The notes: generated by a model from the letters alone, not told the origin. A stretch of 64,000 nt of DNA from Chthoniobacterales bacterium (GCA_036824855.1 DAISZK010000009.1:1296-65295), one strand, 5' to 3'; positions 21,081-31,855 are shown, counted from the stretch's first letter. Program-made: numbers and translations.

Positions 21081-22211
21081 ATGAACACCCCTGAAAGCAA
21101 AACTTTCCCTAGACAGGATGTCGGGGAAAAATCATCCGCCCGCACAAAGGGGGTCGCCGATGGTCTCCGGCAGATAGGTGATTTAGCCGAATCAGTGGCA
21201 GGCCAATTTCGGAAGGCGGTCAATGAAATTGAACGCATCAACCTTCAGACCAAAATCCTCTCTCTAAACGCTCAGATCGAGGCTGCCCGTGCTGGTACCG
21301 TAGGCAATGCCTTTGGAGTGGTTGCAATGGAAATGGTCAATCTTTCAGGTCAGACCGCCGAGGTGACAAATACGCTGGCCACAGAGACACAATGGAATAT
21401 CTCATCGCTGAACAAGGTGATCGATGACTTGGGCCGGGATATCCGTGGTACGCGCCTTTCCGATTTGGCGATGATGAATATTGATGTCATCGATCGGAAT
21501 CTCTACGAGCGTTCCTGCGATGTCCGCTGGTGGGCGACTGACAGTAGCGCGGTCGATGCTCTCTCAAGCGATTCAGTGATCGCCCGCGAACATGCCTGCA
21601 AGCGACTGGGCGTGATTCTGGATTCTTACACGGTATATTTTGATATCGTCTTATGTGACCTTTCGGGCCGGGTGGTCGCGAACGGTCGCAAAGAAAAATA
21701 CCATAGTATTGGCAGCGATCAGACGCACACCGAATGGTTCCAATCCGCCATCAAGACAACCGAAGGAACAGAATTTGGGTTCCAGAATGTCCACCGATCC
21801 CCCACCCTTGCAGATGGCCAGCACATCCTGGCTTATTCATGCGGTGTGCGCGAAAAGGGCGATGCTCGCGGTAAATTAATCGGTGTCATTGGCATCCTCT
21901 TTAACTGGGAAGCACTCGGACAATCAATTGTCTGTAATACCATGATTAGTGAGACGGAGAAAGCCAGCACCCGAATCTGTATCGTGGACGAAAAGGGCCT
22001 GATTCTGGCCGATAGCGATAACCAAATCATCAGGGAGACCCTGAGTCTACCGGGCCAGCATGAGCTGTTTGCAGGCAAAAAAGGCCATGTGGTTGAAAAA
22101 TACAAAAATCAAGCCGTACTCATTGCCCATGCCTTTTCACCAGGCTTTGAAACCTATGCTACTGGTTGGCATTCTCTGATTATCCAAAAACTTGAACTAG
22201 AGCAAAAGTAG
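21081..22211 (+). CDS. Cytoplasmic MCP-like protein, N-terminal signalling hairpin plus C-terminal Cache-like domain
   Basis: INLQTKILSLNAQIEAARAG..G..FGVVA at N-terminus; DRNLYERSCDVRWWATD; Y.DIVLCDLSGRVVA; no TM helix. Confidence 0.82.
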   Translation: MNTPESKTFPRQDVGEKSSARTKGVADGLRQIGDLAESVAGQFRKAVNEIERINLQTKILSLNAQIEAARAGTVGNAFGVVAMEMVNLSGQTAEVTNTLATETQWNISSLNKVIDDLGRDIRGTRLSDLAMMNIDVIDRNLYERSCDVRWWATDSSAVDALSSDSVIAREHACKRLGVILDSYTVYFDIVLCDLSGRVVANGRKEKYHSIGSDQTHTEWFQSAIKTTEGTEFGFQNVHRSPTLADGQHILAYSCGVREKGDARGKLIGVIGILFNWEALGQSIVCNTMISETEKASTRICIVDEKGLILADSDNQIIRETLSLPGQHELFAGKKGHVVEKYKNQAVLIAHAFSPGFETYATGWHSLIIQKLELEQK

Positions 22212-22327
22212 TGTTTTTAAATTGCAACAGGTGAACATTCATTACGGCTGCAGTGTATGTCGAATTTGTAACCCAAGGAGGTGAAATAAGACTCTCCGAG
22301 GTTATCCTCCACACTTAGGCTAAACAA

Positions 22328-23830
22328 ATGCATTTCTTACTCGCAGACTTCGCATCCGTGGGTCTTGGAACCTGGGCGCTTCTAGGAATAGCTCTTCTCC
22401 TTGCCCTAGCCTTTGAGTTCGTCAACGGATTCCATGACACCGCCAATGCGGTTGCGACCGTCATCTACACCCACACGCTTCCTGCGGTGCCGGCGGTCAT
22501 CTGGTCAGGGTTCTTCAACTTCCTCGGTGTGCTCACCTCCACAGGAGCGGTTGCTTTCAGTATCGTGAATCTCCTTCCTGTGGAGTTGGTAATTCATGTG
22601 GGCTCGGCCGCCGGATTCGCAATGGTCTTTTCCCTACTGCTCTCGGCCATCATCTGGAATGTCGGCACATGGTACTTCGGCCTGCCCGCATCCTCATCCC
22701 ATACCCTTATTGGATCGATCATCGGTGTCGGTGTCGCCAACGCCCTCATGAGTGATTCCCACTACTGGGGTGATGGCGTCAACTGGTCGAAGGCCAAGGA
22801 AGTCGGCATGGCCCTGATCATCTCACCGGTCATCGGATTCTGCATGGCTGCGCTCCTGCTGATCGTGATGAAGATCCTCATCAAGAATCCGAAGCTCTAT
22901 GAGGCCCCCGATGCCCATCATCCCCCACCAGGATGGATCCGAGCCCTGCTGATGTTCACCTGCACCGGTGTGAGCTTTGCTCATGGATCCAATGACGGAC
23001 AAAAGGGTATGGGTCTTATTATGCTGATCCTAGTCGGACTTCTCCCAACAACCTTTGCACTCAAGAGCGAGAGCACCGAAAATGAACTCATTGCACTCAA
23101 GAGTCAGTTGAAAGCTTGTGTCTCCTATTGCAGCAATCAGGAAAAGGGGGCGGATCCTGACTATGTGAAAGATGATCCGGCAAATGTCATCACCACCTTC
23201 CTGCGCGGCCATCACTCAACATCCCCGGAACTCTTCCGCTCCGTGGAAACGATCGCCTCCAGAAGCCTTCAACAGCTGGGCGGCATTAAATCACTCAGCC
23301 AGGTTCCGGAACAGGATCGCGGTTCTCTCAGGGCGGATCTCTATTTAATCTCCTCAGTATCCTCCAAGCTGGCAAGGAACCATCAACTCGGCTCCCCTGC
23401 TGCTGAAAAAGAGGCTAGAAAAATCTCCTCAACCATCAGCAGTGTCACCAACTTCATCCCTGTCTGGGTGAAGGTGGCCGTGGCACTGGCGCTGGGGTGT
23501 GGCACGATGATCGGATGGAAGCGCATTGTGGTCACTGTGGGTGAAAAGATCGGCAAGACTCACATGACCTATGGTCAGGGGGCGGCAGCAGAACTCGTCG
23601 CCATGTTCACGATCAGTCTTGCGGACATGCTGGGGCTTCCCGTCAGTACAACGCATGTCCTCTCCTCGGGAGTGGCCGGAACCATGGCAGCAAACGGATC
23701 CGGACTTCAGATGGCGACCGTGAGGAATATTCTCATGGCTTGGGTCCTGACGCTTCCCGTCTGCGTCTTCCTAGGGGCAGCTCTCTTTGCGCTCGGTCTG
23801 AATCTGATTGCAAGGCTAGGCTTCCAGTAA
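22328..23830 (+). CDS. pitA: Inorganic phosphate transporter, PiT family
   Basis: NGFHDTANAVAT, PASSSHTLIG, FAHGSNDGQKGMG, PVSTTHVLSS. Confidence 0.96.
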   Translation: MHFLLADFASVGLGTWALLGIALLLALAFEFVNGFHDTANAVATVIYTHTLPAVPAVIWSGFFNFLGVLTSTGAVAFSIVNLLPVELVIHVGSAAGFAMVFSLLLSAIIWNVGTWYFGLPASSSHTLIGSIIGVGVANALMSDSHYWGDGVNWSKAKEVGMALIISPVIGFCMAALLLIVMKILIKNPKLYEAPDAHHPPPGWIRALLMFTCTGVSFAHGSNDGQKGMGLIMLILVGLLPTTFALKSESTENELIALKSQLKACVSYCSNQEKGADPDYVKDDPANVITTFLRGHHSTSPELFRSVETIASRSLQQLGGIKSLSQVPEQDRGSLRADLYLISSVSSKLARNHQLGSPAAEKEARKISSTISSVTNFIPVWVKVAVALALGCGTMIGWKRIVVTVGEKIGKTHMTYGQGAAAELVAMFTISLADMLGLPVSTTHVLSSGVAGTMAANGSGLQMATVRNILMAWVLTLPVCVFLGAALFALGLNLIARLGFQ

Positions 23831-23886
23831 GGAGGATCACCCCACGTCTGATTATAAAAGCTGCTTGATCGCGGCATTGATATTAC

Positions 23887-24420
23887 GTGATGTCCCTTGG
23901 TTCAGAATCCCCTCTCAAAATCCTCCTTGATCGTGCCGCCATCCAGAGGCGGGTAGAAGAATTGGGCGTTCAGATCTCCAAGGAACTTTCCGGAAGCGAT
24001 CTCTGTGTCATGCCGGTCATGGATGGGGGCATGATCTTCGCGGCTGATCTTGTACGAGAGATCCATCTTCCCCTCGCGATCACTCCAATCAAGGCCTCCA
24101 GTTACGGTGATGCCACCGCAAGCTCCGGCGCCGTTTCACTCCCGTTTGGAATCCCTGAAAGAATCGAGGGGAAAGATCTTCTCTTTGTGGATGACATCCT
24201 CGACACGGGGCTGACTCTGAATGTCTTGAGGGAAAAGTTAACCGAATTTGGAGCCAAAACCATCCGCACCTGCGTTCTCCTCCGGAAGGAATCATCCCGG
24301 CATCTCACGGCAGACTACTTGGGATTTGAAATCCCGGATAAATACGTCGTCGGGTACGGACTCGATCATGCGGGCCTCTACCGAAATCTTCCGGATATCG
24401 GAGTGATGGCTGAAGAATAG
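23887..24420 (+). CDS. hpt: Hypoxanthine phosphoribosyltransferase
   Basis: SSYG, LFVDDILDTGLTL PRPP motif, YVVGYGLDHAGLYRNLP. Confidence 0.93.
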   Translation: MMSLGSESPLKILLDRAAIQRRVEELGVQISKELSGSDLCVMPVMDGGMIFAADLVREIHLPLAITPIKASSYGDATASSGAVSLPFGIPERIEGKDLLFVDDILDTGLTLNVLREKLTEFGAKTIRTCVLLRKESSRHLTADYLGFEIPDKYVVGYGLDHAGLYRNLPDIGVMAEE

Positions 24421-24448
24421 GTCAGCCAACTCACGTTCTCTGAGGTCA

Positions 24449-25597
24449 TCACTTCCCGTTCACTCCGATCACTTTCCCACCATACCCAGTGAGTTCAAGA
24501 TAACCCTCCGCGGTCACGGGATCATTACCGGACCTCCCCTCTCCCCGAACGGCACCTTCCCAGTAGGCGAAGGGAGCCAGGACGAGTTCCTGATCCTTGA
24601 GTTTGGGAGTCAGTGAAAGAGTTAGTTTCCTTGAGGGAATACTGACTTCCATTCCAGCCGGATAGAGCCCTCCGGTGTGAGGACTCTTCCAGGTGCCTTG
24701 AGGTGTTATCTCCAGATCATGCAGATCGGTCACCACACCTTGAGGATCGCGGAGGGTGCCGGAGAGGAAGACTGTCTTCCCCTCGGAATTCCTAATTCGG
24801 AAGAGCATGAGATCATCCCCGTTGCTTAAGTGAAGTCCCGACCAATCCCAGCCTGCCTCACCCGCCTCGAGAGAGTTAGTAGCCCATTCGTGGTCAAACC
24901 AGACGAGTCCACTCACCTTGTAAACCTTGCCATCAATTGTCACTGAACCCGAGGCTCGAACCCTGGTGAGGGAGTAGTAGTGGGAAGCATGACCAGGAAT
25001 TGATGACTTGGGGCTGATTCCATCATGCCCATGGATGAGTGGGGGACGATCAGAAACCAACACTAGATCAATGGACCTCTCGACTCCGGCCTTAGTCACT
25101 CCGTCGGACTTGAGATGGAAGGAGCCATCGGGAAGCTGTTCCATGAGCCAGCCTTCCATCCAGGCCATGCGGCGACCGGATCCCCCATTTCCAGAAGGCG
25201 ATCCGAATCCAGCCTCACCGAAGGCACCCCGCGAAGAGCATTGATAATAGCGAAAAGTCTTCCCCGAGACATCCGTGAAGGCGAAATGAGCGAAAGGAAG
25301 GTCCATCACCCGGAATCGGGAGGAACCGGCAGGCTTCTCCCCGGGACGGATTTCTTGTCGAAAGAAGGTCAGCTGAAAGCCGTATTCGTGCCCTTGCTCA
25401 TCGGAGAGATTACCCGTGGCATACCACCACTCAGTCTTAAAGGAGCGGTGCGGCCCATGATCCCTTGGGAACTCGTAGCTCCAACCGGGTTGAGCACTCT
25501 TCCACCCCTCACTGATCGCACTCTCCTCGGCGCGAATCAGATGCGGAGCGAGGAGGAGTGGGACTAGTAGACAAAGGGCTCTGAGGGAGCAGGACAT
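24449..25597 (-). CDS. Lipocalin-like / CrtC (AttH-type hydroxyneurosporene synthase-like) family secreted protein
   Basis: FPRDHGPH, KTEWWYATG, FQLTFFR, SHYYS, WFDHEW, GWDW, DQEL..YWEGAV, GYLELTGY. Confidence 0.85.
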   Translation of the reverse strand: MSCSLRALCLLVPLLLAPHLIRAEESAISEGWKSAQPGWSYEFPRDHGPHRSFKTEWWYATGNLSDEQGHEYGFQLTFFRQEIRPGEKPAGSSRFRVMDLPFAHFAFTDVSGKTFRYYQCSSRGAFGEAGFGSPSGNGGSGRRMAWMEGWLMEQLPDGSFHLKSDGVTKAGVERSIDLVLVSDRPPLIHGHDGISPKSSIPGHASHYYSLTRVRASGSVTIDGKVYKVSGLVWFDHEWATNSLEAGEAGWDWSGLHLSNGDDLMLFRIRNSEGKTVFLSGTLRDPQGVVTDLHDLEITPQGTWKSPHTGGLYPAGMEVSIPSRKLTLSLTPKLKDQELVLAPFAYWEGAVRGEGRSGNDPVTAEGYLELTGYGGKVIGVNGK

Positions 25598-26547
25598 TCC
25601 TCGACTTTGGTTGCCTCAAGCACTGCCGTACGTCTACCACCCTCCATGGGGAAGGTCGGCTTGCCTGTGATTTTGAGCCATCCCATTTCGGAAACCTTGA
25701 TCGGCTTCGGGTACTGAACGGTGACACCTACTGGCTTGGCATCGGCGGCACAGCAAGTGATGAACATTCGGATGGCCTGGAAGCGGTCTCCCTTCGGATT
25801 ACCCGTGGTCATCGGAACGTACTGACCGACGATTTCCACATCTTTGCCCTCAAACTCCCCACGATACGAAGGCATCTGCACGGCATAGAGCATATCGATG
25901 ACTTGAAGTGGCATCGGACCTCCGGAATAGGAGGTTTGATCAGATGGAGTTGCGTTGGTGACCTGATCTGTCGAAGGGTTATTCAAAGAGGTATTTGAAG
26001 GAGTAGCGAGGGCCAGACTCTTGCTAGCGGAAGAGGAAGCGGGAGATGCCGAAGCTCCAGCCTTTGCCGAGGGGAGATTATTGATGTTATCGACGACGCC
26101 CCGGTTCTGAACCGTGGTGATTGAGTAAGCTGTGGCCTTCCCCGAAACGATGATTGCCAAAGGGAGAAGCAGCAGGATGGTCTTGAAAATCATCGCTCCC
26201 ACTCCACCCCCAGTGCCGTGATGATGATGCTCGTGGGATTCAGTCTCGCCATGACCATGGCCGTGAAGACCATGCTGCTCCCCAAGGGGGTGATGATCAC
26301 AGCCGCACTCGTGATGCTTATGCTTATACGTATGTCTTGAGAGAGGAAAAACTGAGCTGAACCCGAAAATCGAAAGCAACAGGAAGACCACACCGGAAGC
26401 CGTGGTGTAAGGCTGAAGCGAGGGGTGGAGATAGATGGAAAGCTGTCCTGAGAAGGAGAGCCAGAGAACGAATCCACCCCAGAGCAGGAGTAGGAGGGAA
26501 TCCCGGAGTCCCTTGATGGAGAATGAGGCTGTGTCGGAGTGATTCAT
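25564..26547 (-). CDS. TIGR03943/DUF1980 family putative permease subunit with His-rich loop
   Basis: N-terminal TMs, YLHP, His tract, RMFITCCAADAKPVG, GWLKITG; start moved to MNHSDT. Confidence 0.85.
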   Translation of the reverse strand: MNHSDTASFSIKGLRDSLLLLLWGGFVLWLSFSGQLSIYLHPSLQPYTTASGVVFLLLSIFGFSSVFPLSRHTYKHKHHECGCDHHPLGEQHGLHGHGHGETESHEHHHHGTGGGVGAMIFKTILLLLPLAIIVSGKATAYSITTVQNRGVVDNINNLPSAKAGASASPASSSASKSLALATPSNTSLNNPSTDQVTNATPSDQTSYSGGPMPLQVIDMLYAVQMPSYRGEFEGKDVEIVGQYVPMTTGNPKGDRFQAIRMFITCCAADAKPVGVTVQYPKPIKVSEMGWLKITGKPTFPMEGGRRTAVLEATKVEECPAPSEPFVY

Positions 26548-26554
26548 GAGGTGA

Positions 26555-27487
26555 TCACCAAGCAAGATTCAGGGTGGAGAGTCTCCAACAGAGAAGACCA
26601 ATTACCACGAAGAGACCAAGCGCGAGCACGATGATAAAGCGCTTGGAGAAGGCCGCTCCGTAGAGAAAGAGGAGTTTGAAATCGAGCATCGGGCCGAACA
26701 CCAAAAAGGCGAGTTTGGCAGCCATCGGGAACGTGGTGAGCGTCGCCGCAATGAAGGCGTCCGTTGTGCTGCAAACCGAGAGGACAGAGGCGAGTCCCAT
26801 CAGGGAGACAATGGCCAGCGGAGGGTTCGCCGCCAGAGGAAGAATGATTTCCTGATTCACCGCCGTGCTGAAGAGAGAGGCGGCAGCAGCACCAATGACG
26901 AAAAAGACCGCCACATCGAGGAAATCCTTCGTTGCAACCAAGGAGGCATTCTGCAGTCGATCAAGCATCCCTCCCGATCCGCCATGATGATGATCATGGT
27001 CGTGGTCGGGACTCAGGAGACCTGGTCGGAGAATCGATGCAGGTGAGCAGTAACTGACGACCCAACCAGCCAAGATGGCAACCGAGAGTCCAAGTCCAAA
27101 CCTGAGAATGGTCATCTCCCAAGCCCCCTGCCCTCGGAATGCCGCAAGTGTGCTCAGGATCACCAATGGATTGACGATTGGGGCGGCAAGCATGTAGGTG
27201 ACGCCGCACGAAACAGGCAGACCCTTCTTAAGAAGACGCCTCACGACCGGAACAATGCCACACTCACAGACAGGGAAGATCACTCCGAGCAGTCCACTGA
27301 CCACGATGGCAACTCGTGGATTCTTCGGAAGCAAGCGTGTCATCAGCGACTGCGGCAAGAATTCCTCCAGCAAACCGGAAAGGATCGCCCCCCCGAGCAG
27401 GAAGGGCAAACCCTCGAGCAGTATGCTCAGGAAAGCATACTGAAAGTCGGGAAAGCTGAACGTGAACCAGGCAATGGCAAGCATCAC
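26555..27487 (-). CDS. Predicted permease (ArsP_1/DUF318 family)
   Basis: LEGLPFLL, FPVCECGIVP, APIVNP, SVCSTTDAFIA, LVFGPMLD. Confidence 0.9.
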   Translation of the reverse strand: MMLAIAWFTFSFPDFQYAFLSILLEGLPFLLGGAILSGLLEEFLPQSLMTRLLPKNPRVAIVVSGLLGVIFPVCECGIVPVVRRLLKKGLPVSCGVTYMLAAPIVNPLVILSTLAAFRGQGAWEMTILRFGLGLSVAILAGWVVSYCSPASILRPGLLSPDHDHDHHHGGSGGMLDRLQNASLVATKDFLDVAVFFVIGAAAASLFSTAVNQEIILPLAANPPLAIVSLMGLASVLSVCSTTDAFIAATLTTFPMAAKLAFLVFGPMLDFKLLFLYGAAFSKRFIIVLALGLFVVIGLLCWRLSTLNLAW

Positions 27488-27561
27488 GGTACCAAGATAG
27501 CAACAAGCCGGAGGAAGTCACCCCTCCGGCTTGCAACTGATGAAGATTTCCGAAGGAAGCC

Positions 27562-29535
27562 TTAGAGAGACTTGGCCACGGCCACCAGGTTCTCGACACT
27601 CATGCCGAGTTCCTTGAGGACGGTGCCTCCGGGAGCGCTCAGACCGAAGCGATCAATGGCCACGGTCTTGCCATCGATACCGACATAACGGAACCAAGGA
27701 TCAGAGATACCAGCCTCGATGGAGACACGCTTGCGGCACTTCGCAGGAAGAATCTCCTCACGATAAGCGGCATCCTGACGCTCGAAGCGCTCCATGCAAG
27801 GCATCGAGACGACACGCACTCCAGCGCCAAGAGTCTTGGCGGCATCGAGAGCGACATTCAACTCACTGCCAGAGGCAAGAATGATGAGCTCAAGAGGCGC
27901 CGTCTCCTTGTGGGCGATGTAGGCACCCTTGAAAACACCCTGACGACGCACATCGACGGGGATCTGGTTAAGGTTCGGTAGATTCTGACGGCAGAGCGCG
28001 AGAAGTGTCGGCCCATCCGTGTGCTCCATGGCGGCAGCGAATGCCCCGGCGGTTTCCTCCGGATCGGCGGGACGAATGACATCCAGACCGGGGATCGCGC
28101 GGAGAGCTGCAACGGTCTCAACAGGCTCGTGGGTAGGTCCGTCCTCTCCAACCGCGACGGAGTCGTGGGTAAAGATGTAGGTCGTCGGCAGCTTGGAGAG
28201 CGCAGCCACACGGATGGAGGGACGTCCGTAGTCGCTGAAGACCAGGAAGGTAGCACCGGCGATGCGGAAGATACCGTCATAGGCATAGCCGTTCATGATC
28301 GCGCACATGGCATGCTCACGGATACCGAAATGGATATTCCGACCCTCACGGTTCTGATCGGTAAAGTCTCCTCCCCCTTCGATGTAGTTCAGAGTGGATC
28401 CGAAGAGATCGGCACTTCCACTGACAAGAAGAGGCATTGCCTTGGAGATGGGTTGAAGGACGATGCTGCCGGCCTTACGGGTTGCCAGGGTCTCATCGGG
28501 CTTGAAGGCAGGAATCAGGGAAAGAAGATCGGGGACCTTCTGCTCGATACCGGCATCGAGAAGGGCGGCAAGTTCCGCATTGGCTGAGCGCCAAGCAGAG
28601 TATTCCTTCTGCCAAGCGGCGTGCGCCTCAGCGCGCTTCGCCTTGACGGAGGCGAAGTAAGCGGTGACCTCGGGCGAAATGAAGAACTTCTCGTCGGGGA
28701 GGCCGAGTCCCTTGCGGGCTTCGTCTGAAAACTTCACACCGGCTTCGCCGTGGGCTTTGTTCGTTCCCTCAACCTGAGGAATACCCTTTCCGATGATCGT
28801 CTTGCAGATGATCATATGGGGCTTGCCCTTGGTCGACTTGGCCTTGTTGAAGGCGGCAAGAATCTCATCGAGATTGTGACCATCGATCATCTGGACATGC
28901 CAGCCATAGGCGGTGTAACGCGCGCCAACATCTTCGCTCTGGCTGACGTTCAGCATGGCGTCGAGGGTGACGTTATTGGAATCAAAGAAAACGATCAGGT
29001 TGTCGAGACCAAGGTGACCTGCAAGCGAGGAGGCCTCGGCAGAGACACCCTCCTGAAGGCAACCATCGCCGCAAAGAACAACGACATGGTTGTTGAAGAT
29101 CGTGTGCTGCGGAGTATTGAAGCGGGCTGCGGCCATCTTCTGGGACATTGCGATACCGACACCATTGGCCACACCCTGGCCGAGAGGGCCGGTAGTCGCC
29201 TCGACACCGGGAGTCTCATGAAACTCAGGATGACCCGGGGTGATGCTGTGGAGTTGACGGAATTTCTTAACCTGATCGAGTGAGAGGTCGAATCCGGACA
29301 GGTTCAACCATGCATAGAGGAACATGCTGCCGTGACCGGCGGAGAGAATGAAACGGTCGCGGTTGATCCAGCGAGGAGCAGCGGGGTCGATCTGGAGAGC
29401 CTCACCAAAGAGAACGGCTCCGATATCAGCCGAACCAAGGGGAAGACCAAGATGTCCCGACTTGCAGGCGGTGACAGCATCGATGGCGAGTCCGCGGGCA
29501 TCGCGGGCAGCTAGTTGGAGGATTGCGTTATTCAT
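27562..29535 (-). CDS. tkt: Transketolase
   Basis: [59 protein letters not shown]; start moved to MNNAIL. Confidence 0.98.
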   Translation of the reverse strand: MNNAILQLAARDARGLAIDAVTACKSGHLGLPLGSADIGAVLFGEALQIDPAAPRWINRDRFILSAGHGSMFLYAWLNLSGFDLSLDQVKKFRQLHSITPGHPEFHETPGVEATTGPLGQGVANGVGIAMSQKMAAARFNTPQHTIFNNHVVVLCGDGCLQEGVSAEASSLAGHLGLDNLIVFFDSNNVTLDAMLNVSQSEDVGARYTAYGWHVQMIDGHNLDEILAAFNKAKSTKGKPHMIICKTIIGKGIPQVEGTNKAHGEAGVKFSDEARKGLGLPDEKFFISPEVTAYFASVKAKRAEAHAAWQKEYSAWRSANAELAALLDAGIEQKVPDLLSLIPAFKPDETLATRKAGSIVLQPISKAMPLLVSGSADLFGSTLNYIEGGGDFTDQNREGRNIHFGIREHAMCAIMNGYAYDGIFRIAGATFLVFSDYGRPSIRVAALSKLPTTYIFTHDSVAVGEDGPTHEPVETVAALRAIPGLDVIRPADPEETAGAFAAAMEHTDGPTLLALCRQNLPNLNQIPVDVRRQGVFKGAYIAHKETAPLELIILASGSELNVALDAAKTLGAGVRVVSMPCMERFERQDAAYREEILPAKCRKRVSIEAGISDPWFRYVGIDGKTVAIDRFGLSAPGGTVLKELGMSVENLVAVAKSL

Positions 29536-29632
29536 AAATAGAAGTGATAGCACAGACATCGGAAGAGCCTTTTGCAAGCTTCCATCCGAGACATTTTCGC
29601 CAAATTCTCGCCCAGAGAGAATTCCTGAACGA

Positions 29633-30679
29633 TTACGCTGGCTGCTGCTGGGTAAGGCAATGGAAAGCCCCCAGCCCCCAAATCAATTCCCTGCAATCAA
29701 TCGGCCGGATCATCCGTGTTGGGAAAAGCTCCGCAAGGATCTCCACGGCCTCCACATCGGAATCCCCCCCGAATGCGGGCATCAGAACGGATTCGTTGGC
29801 AATGTAGAAATTCGCATGACTGGCCGGCAAACGAATCCCCTCACGGTCGATTCGGGGCGGCATCGGCATTTCAATCACCTTGAGCGGCGTCCCGTCGTGG
29901 AGTTTCATTCCATGCAGTCGCTCCAGGTTTTCCTGCAGAGGGAGGTGGTTGGGATCGGCCTGATTCGGCTCCACCACGGTCACCACGGTGTCACGGGAAA
30001 CAAAACGTGTGATATCATCAACATGGCCATCGGTGTCATCACCTTCGATTCCGTCTCCGAGCCAGAGAATCTGTTCCACCCCGAGGTAATCACGCAGTCC
30101 TTGCTCGATCTGTTCCTTGGAGAGGGAGGGATTGCGATTAGGATTCAGCAGACACGATTCGGTGGTCAGTAAGGTTCCGTCGCCATTCGGATCAATCGAC
30201 CCACCCTCAAGAATGAAAGCGGGATGAAAAAGAGGTAAGCCGAAATACTGTGCAATCCTGGTCGGAACGACATCATCGGCCTCATAGGGAGGATACTTAC
30301 CTCCCCATGCATTGTAGCCAAAATCATTAATGGCAATGGTCGGAGACTGGTCCCTCTTGACAAAGATCGGACCATGATCCCGGCACCATGGCTCGTTTGT
30401 CGGGTTAGCATGGAACTCAATGCGCTCCATCGGAGCCTTGGAGGCCAAGAGGCTCCTTACCTCCCTCTCCTGATCAGGGTTGGAGATATTGATTCTTAGG
30501 ATTTCAGATTCCGCAAGTGCGACGGCCATCTTGACGAGCGTCGGCACAACCCGGTCATAACTCTCAGGAAAGCTCTGCCCATCCGCATGCGGCCAGGAGA
30601 TCCAAGTGGCCTCATGTCTCTCCCACTCCGCGGGCATGGAGTAGCCCAGAGAACGTGGCGTTGCGGAAGAGTCCGTCAC
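29633..30679 (-). CDS. aguA: Agmatine deiminase (peptidyl-arginine deiminase family)
   Basis: [47 protein letters not shown]; probable GTG start at 30679. Confidence 0.92.
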   Translation of the reverse strand: MTDSSATPRSLGYSMPAEWERHEATWISWPHADGQSFPESYDRVVPTLVKMAVALAESEILRINISNPDQEREVRSLLASKAPMERIEFHANPTNEPWCRDHGPIFVKRDQSPTIAINDFGYNAWGGKYPPYEADDVVPTRIAQYFGLPLFHPAFILEGGSIDPNGDGTLLTTESCLLNPNRNPSLSKEQIEQGLRDYLGVEQILWLGDGIEGDDTDGHVDDITRFVSRDTVVTVVEPNQADPNHLPLQENLERLHGMKLHDGTPLKVIEMPMPPRIDREGIRLPASHANFYIANESVLMPAFGGDSDVEAVEILAELFPTRMIRPIDCRELIWGLGAFHCLTQQQPA

Positions 30680-30728
30680 ACGAACCGGGATTGAAGAGGA
30701 GCGAGTAGAGCCTCCGGCGGAGAGACAA

Positions 30729-31052
30729 TCAGGCAGCCTGAAGCTTCTCGAGAAGAGCAGCCTTGGAGGCAAGTCCCGTCATGCGCTCGGCAAGAACACC
30801 ATTACGGAAAATCATCAGTGTCGGGATGGCCGTGATGCCATGATTTCCGGCAACGCCAGCAGCCTCATCCACGTTTACCTTGGCCACCGTTACCTTGCCG
30901 GCAAGCTCCTTACCGAGTTCCTCAATGACCGGCGCAATCATGCGGCAGGGGCCACACCAAGGAGCCCAGAAATCGACAAGTAAAACGGGAGATGAAGCAA
31001 CCGCCTGGTCGAAGGTTGCATCAGTGAGATCGAGAACGTGTTCGGAAGCCAT
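30729..31052 (-). CDS. trxA: Thioredoxin
   Basis: VDFWAPWCGPCR, cis-Pro IPTL. Confidence 0.97.
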   Translation of the reverse strand: MASEHVLDLTDATFDQAVASSPVLLVDFWAPWCGPCRMIAPVIEELGKELAGKVTVAKVNVDEAAGVAGNHGITAIPTLMIFRNGVLAERMTGLASKAALLEKLQAA

Positions 31053-31084
31053 AATCAGTCAGTGTTGGTGGATTGAAGAAATAC

Positions 31085-31855
31085 TTAAGCGAGAAAAGTC
31101 CAGAGCTGGATGCCGAAAGCAATGAGAGCAAGCGCAGCAGCAGCAATAAGGAATGGGAGTGGCAACTCGGACGAGGAGGAGGACTCTTCCTCTTCATTCG
31201 TCTCAACATCCGAAGTCTCAGCGAGATTTTCCGAGAGCTCAGGCGCTTTGGCTGCTGGTTTAGCAGCTGAGGCTGCAGCAGGTGTAGCAGTAGCAACAGC
31301 AGGGGCCGACGTTGCTGCAGGAGGGGCTGTGTCACCGACCTTGCGGGCGGCAGCAGCAGGCGCAGGCTGCAGCTTGATCGTTGCTTGAGGCATTGGCTTG
31401 GCTGCTGCGGCACTCGGAGCCACGGGCTCAGGCTTAAGAGCCGCAGGAGAAGGCACAACAGCAGCTACGGGAGCTGCAGTTGGAGGAACTGCTGAAGCAG
31501 GCTTAGGTACTACAGGAGAACTGGGTACTCCCGATGCTAGTGGAGGAGCCGAAGGCGCTCCACCGAGTGGTTTCAACGGAGCAAGGGGAGTCAAAGGCTT
31601 AGGAGGCCCCCCCGCGGGGGAAGCAACAGGTGCAGAAGATGGGATGGAAGGGACTGAAGGGCTGGCAGGTGCAGAGCCGGTAGGGACAGGAGGTTTCAGC
31701 GGTGCGGGAGGCACCGATCCCGTTGCCGGCAGTGGCGCTCCAGTTGTGGGAACGGGCTTAGGTGGTAGCTTCAACGGAGGAAGCTTCACTGGAGAGGGTG
31801 AACCGGCAGGCAAGTCAGAAGCCGGAGGGGTGTTCGGGGATGGGGTGTCGCTCAC
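31085..31855 (-). CDS. Pro/Ala-rich low-complexity protein with a single C-terminal TM helix
   Basis: PKLPP/PLKP/PAAA repeats, acidic-Ser linker EEEESSSSS, terminal hydrophobic LPFLIAAAALALIAFGIQLWTFLA. Confidence 0.7.
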   Translation of the reverse strand: MSDTPSPNTPPASDLPAGSPSPVKLPPLKLPPKPVPTTGAPLPATGSVPPAPLKPPVPTGSAPASPSVPSIPSSAPVASPAGGPPKPLTPLAPLKPLGGAPSAPPLASGVPSSPVVPKPASAVPPTAAPVAAVVPSPAALKPEPVAPSAAAAKPMPQATIKLQPAPAAAARKVGDTAPPAATSAPAVATATPAAASAAKPAAKAPELSENLAETSDVETNEEEESSSSSELPLPFLIAAAALALIAFGIQLWTFLA

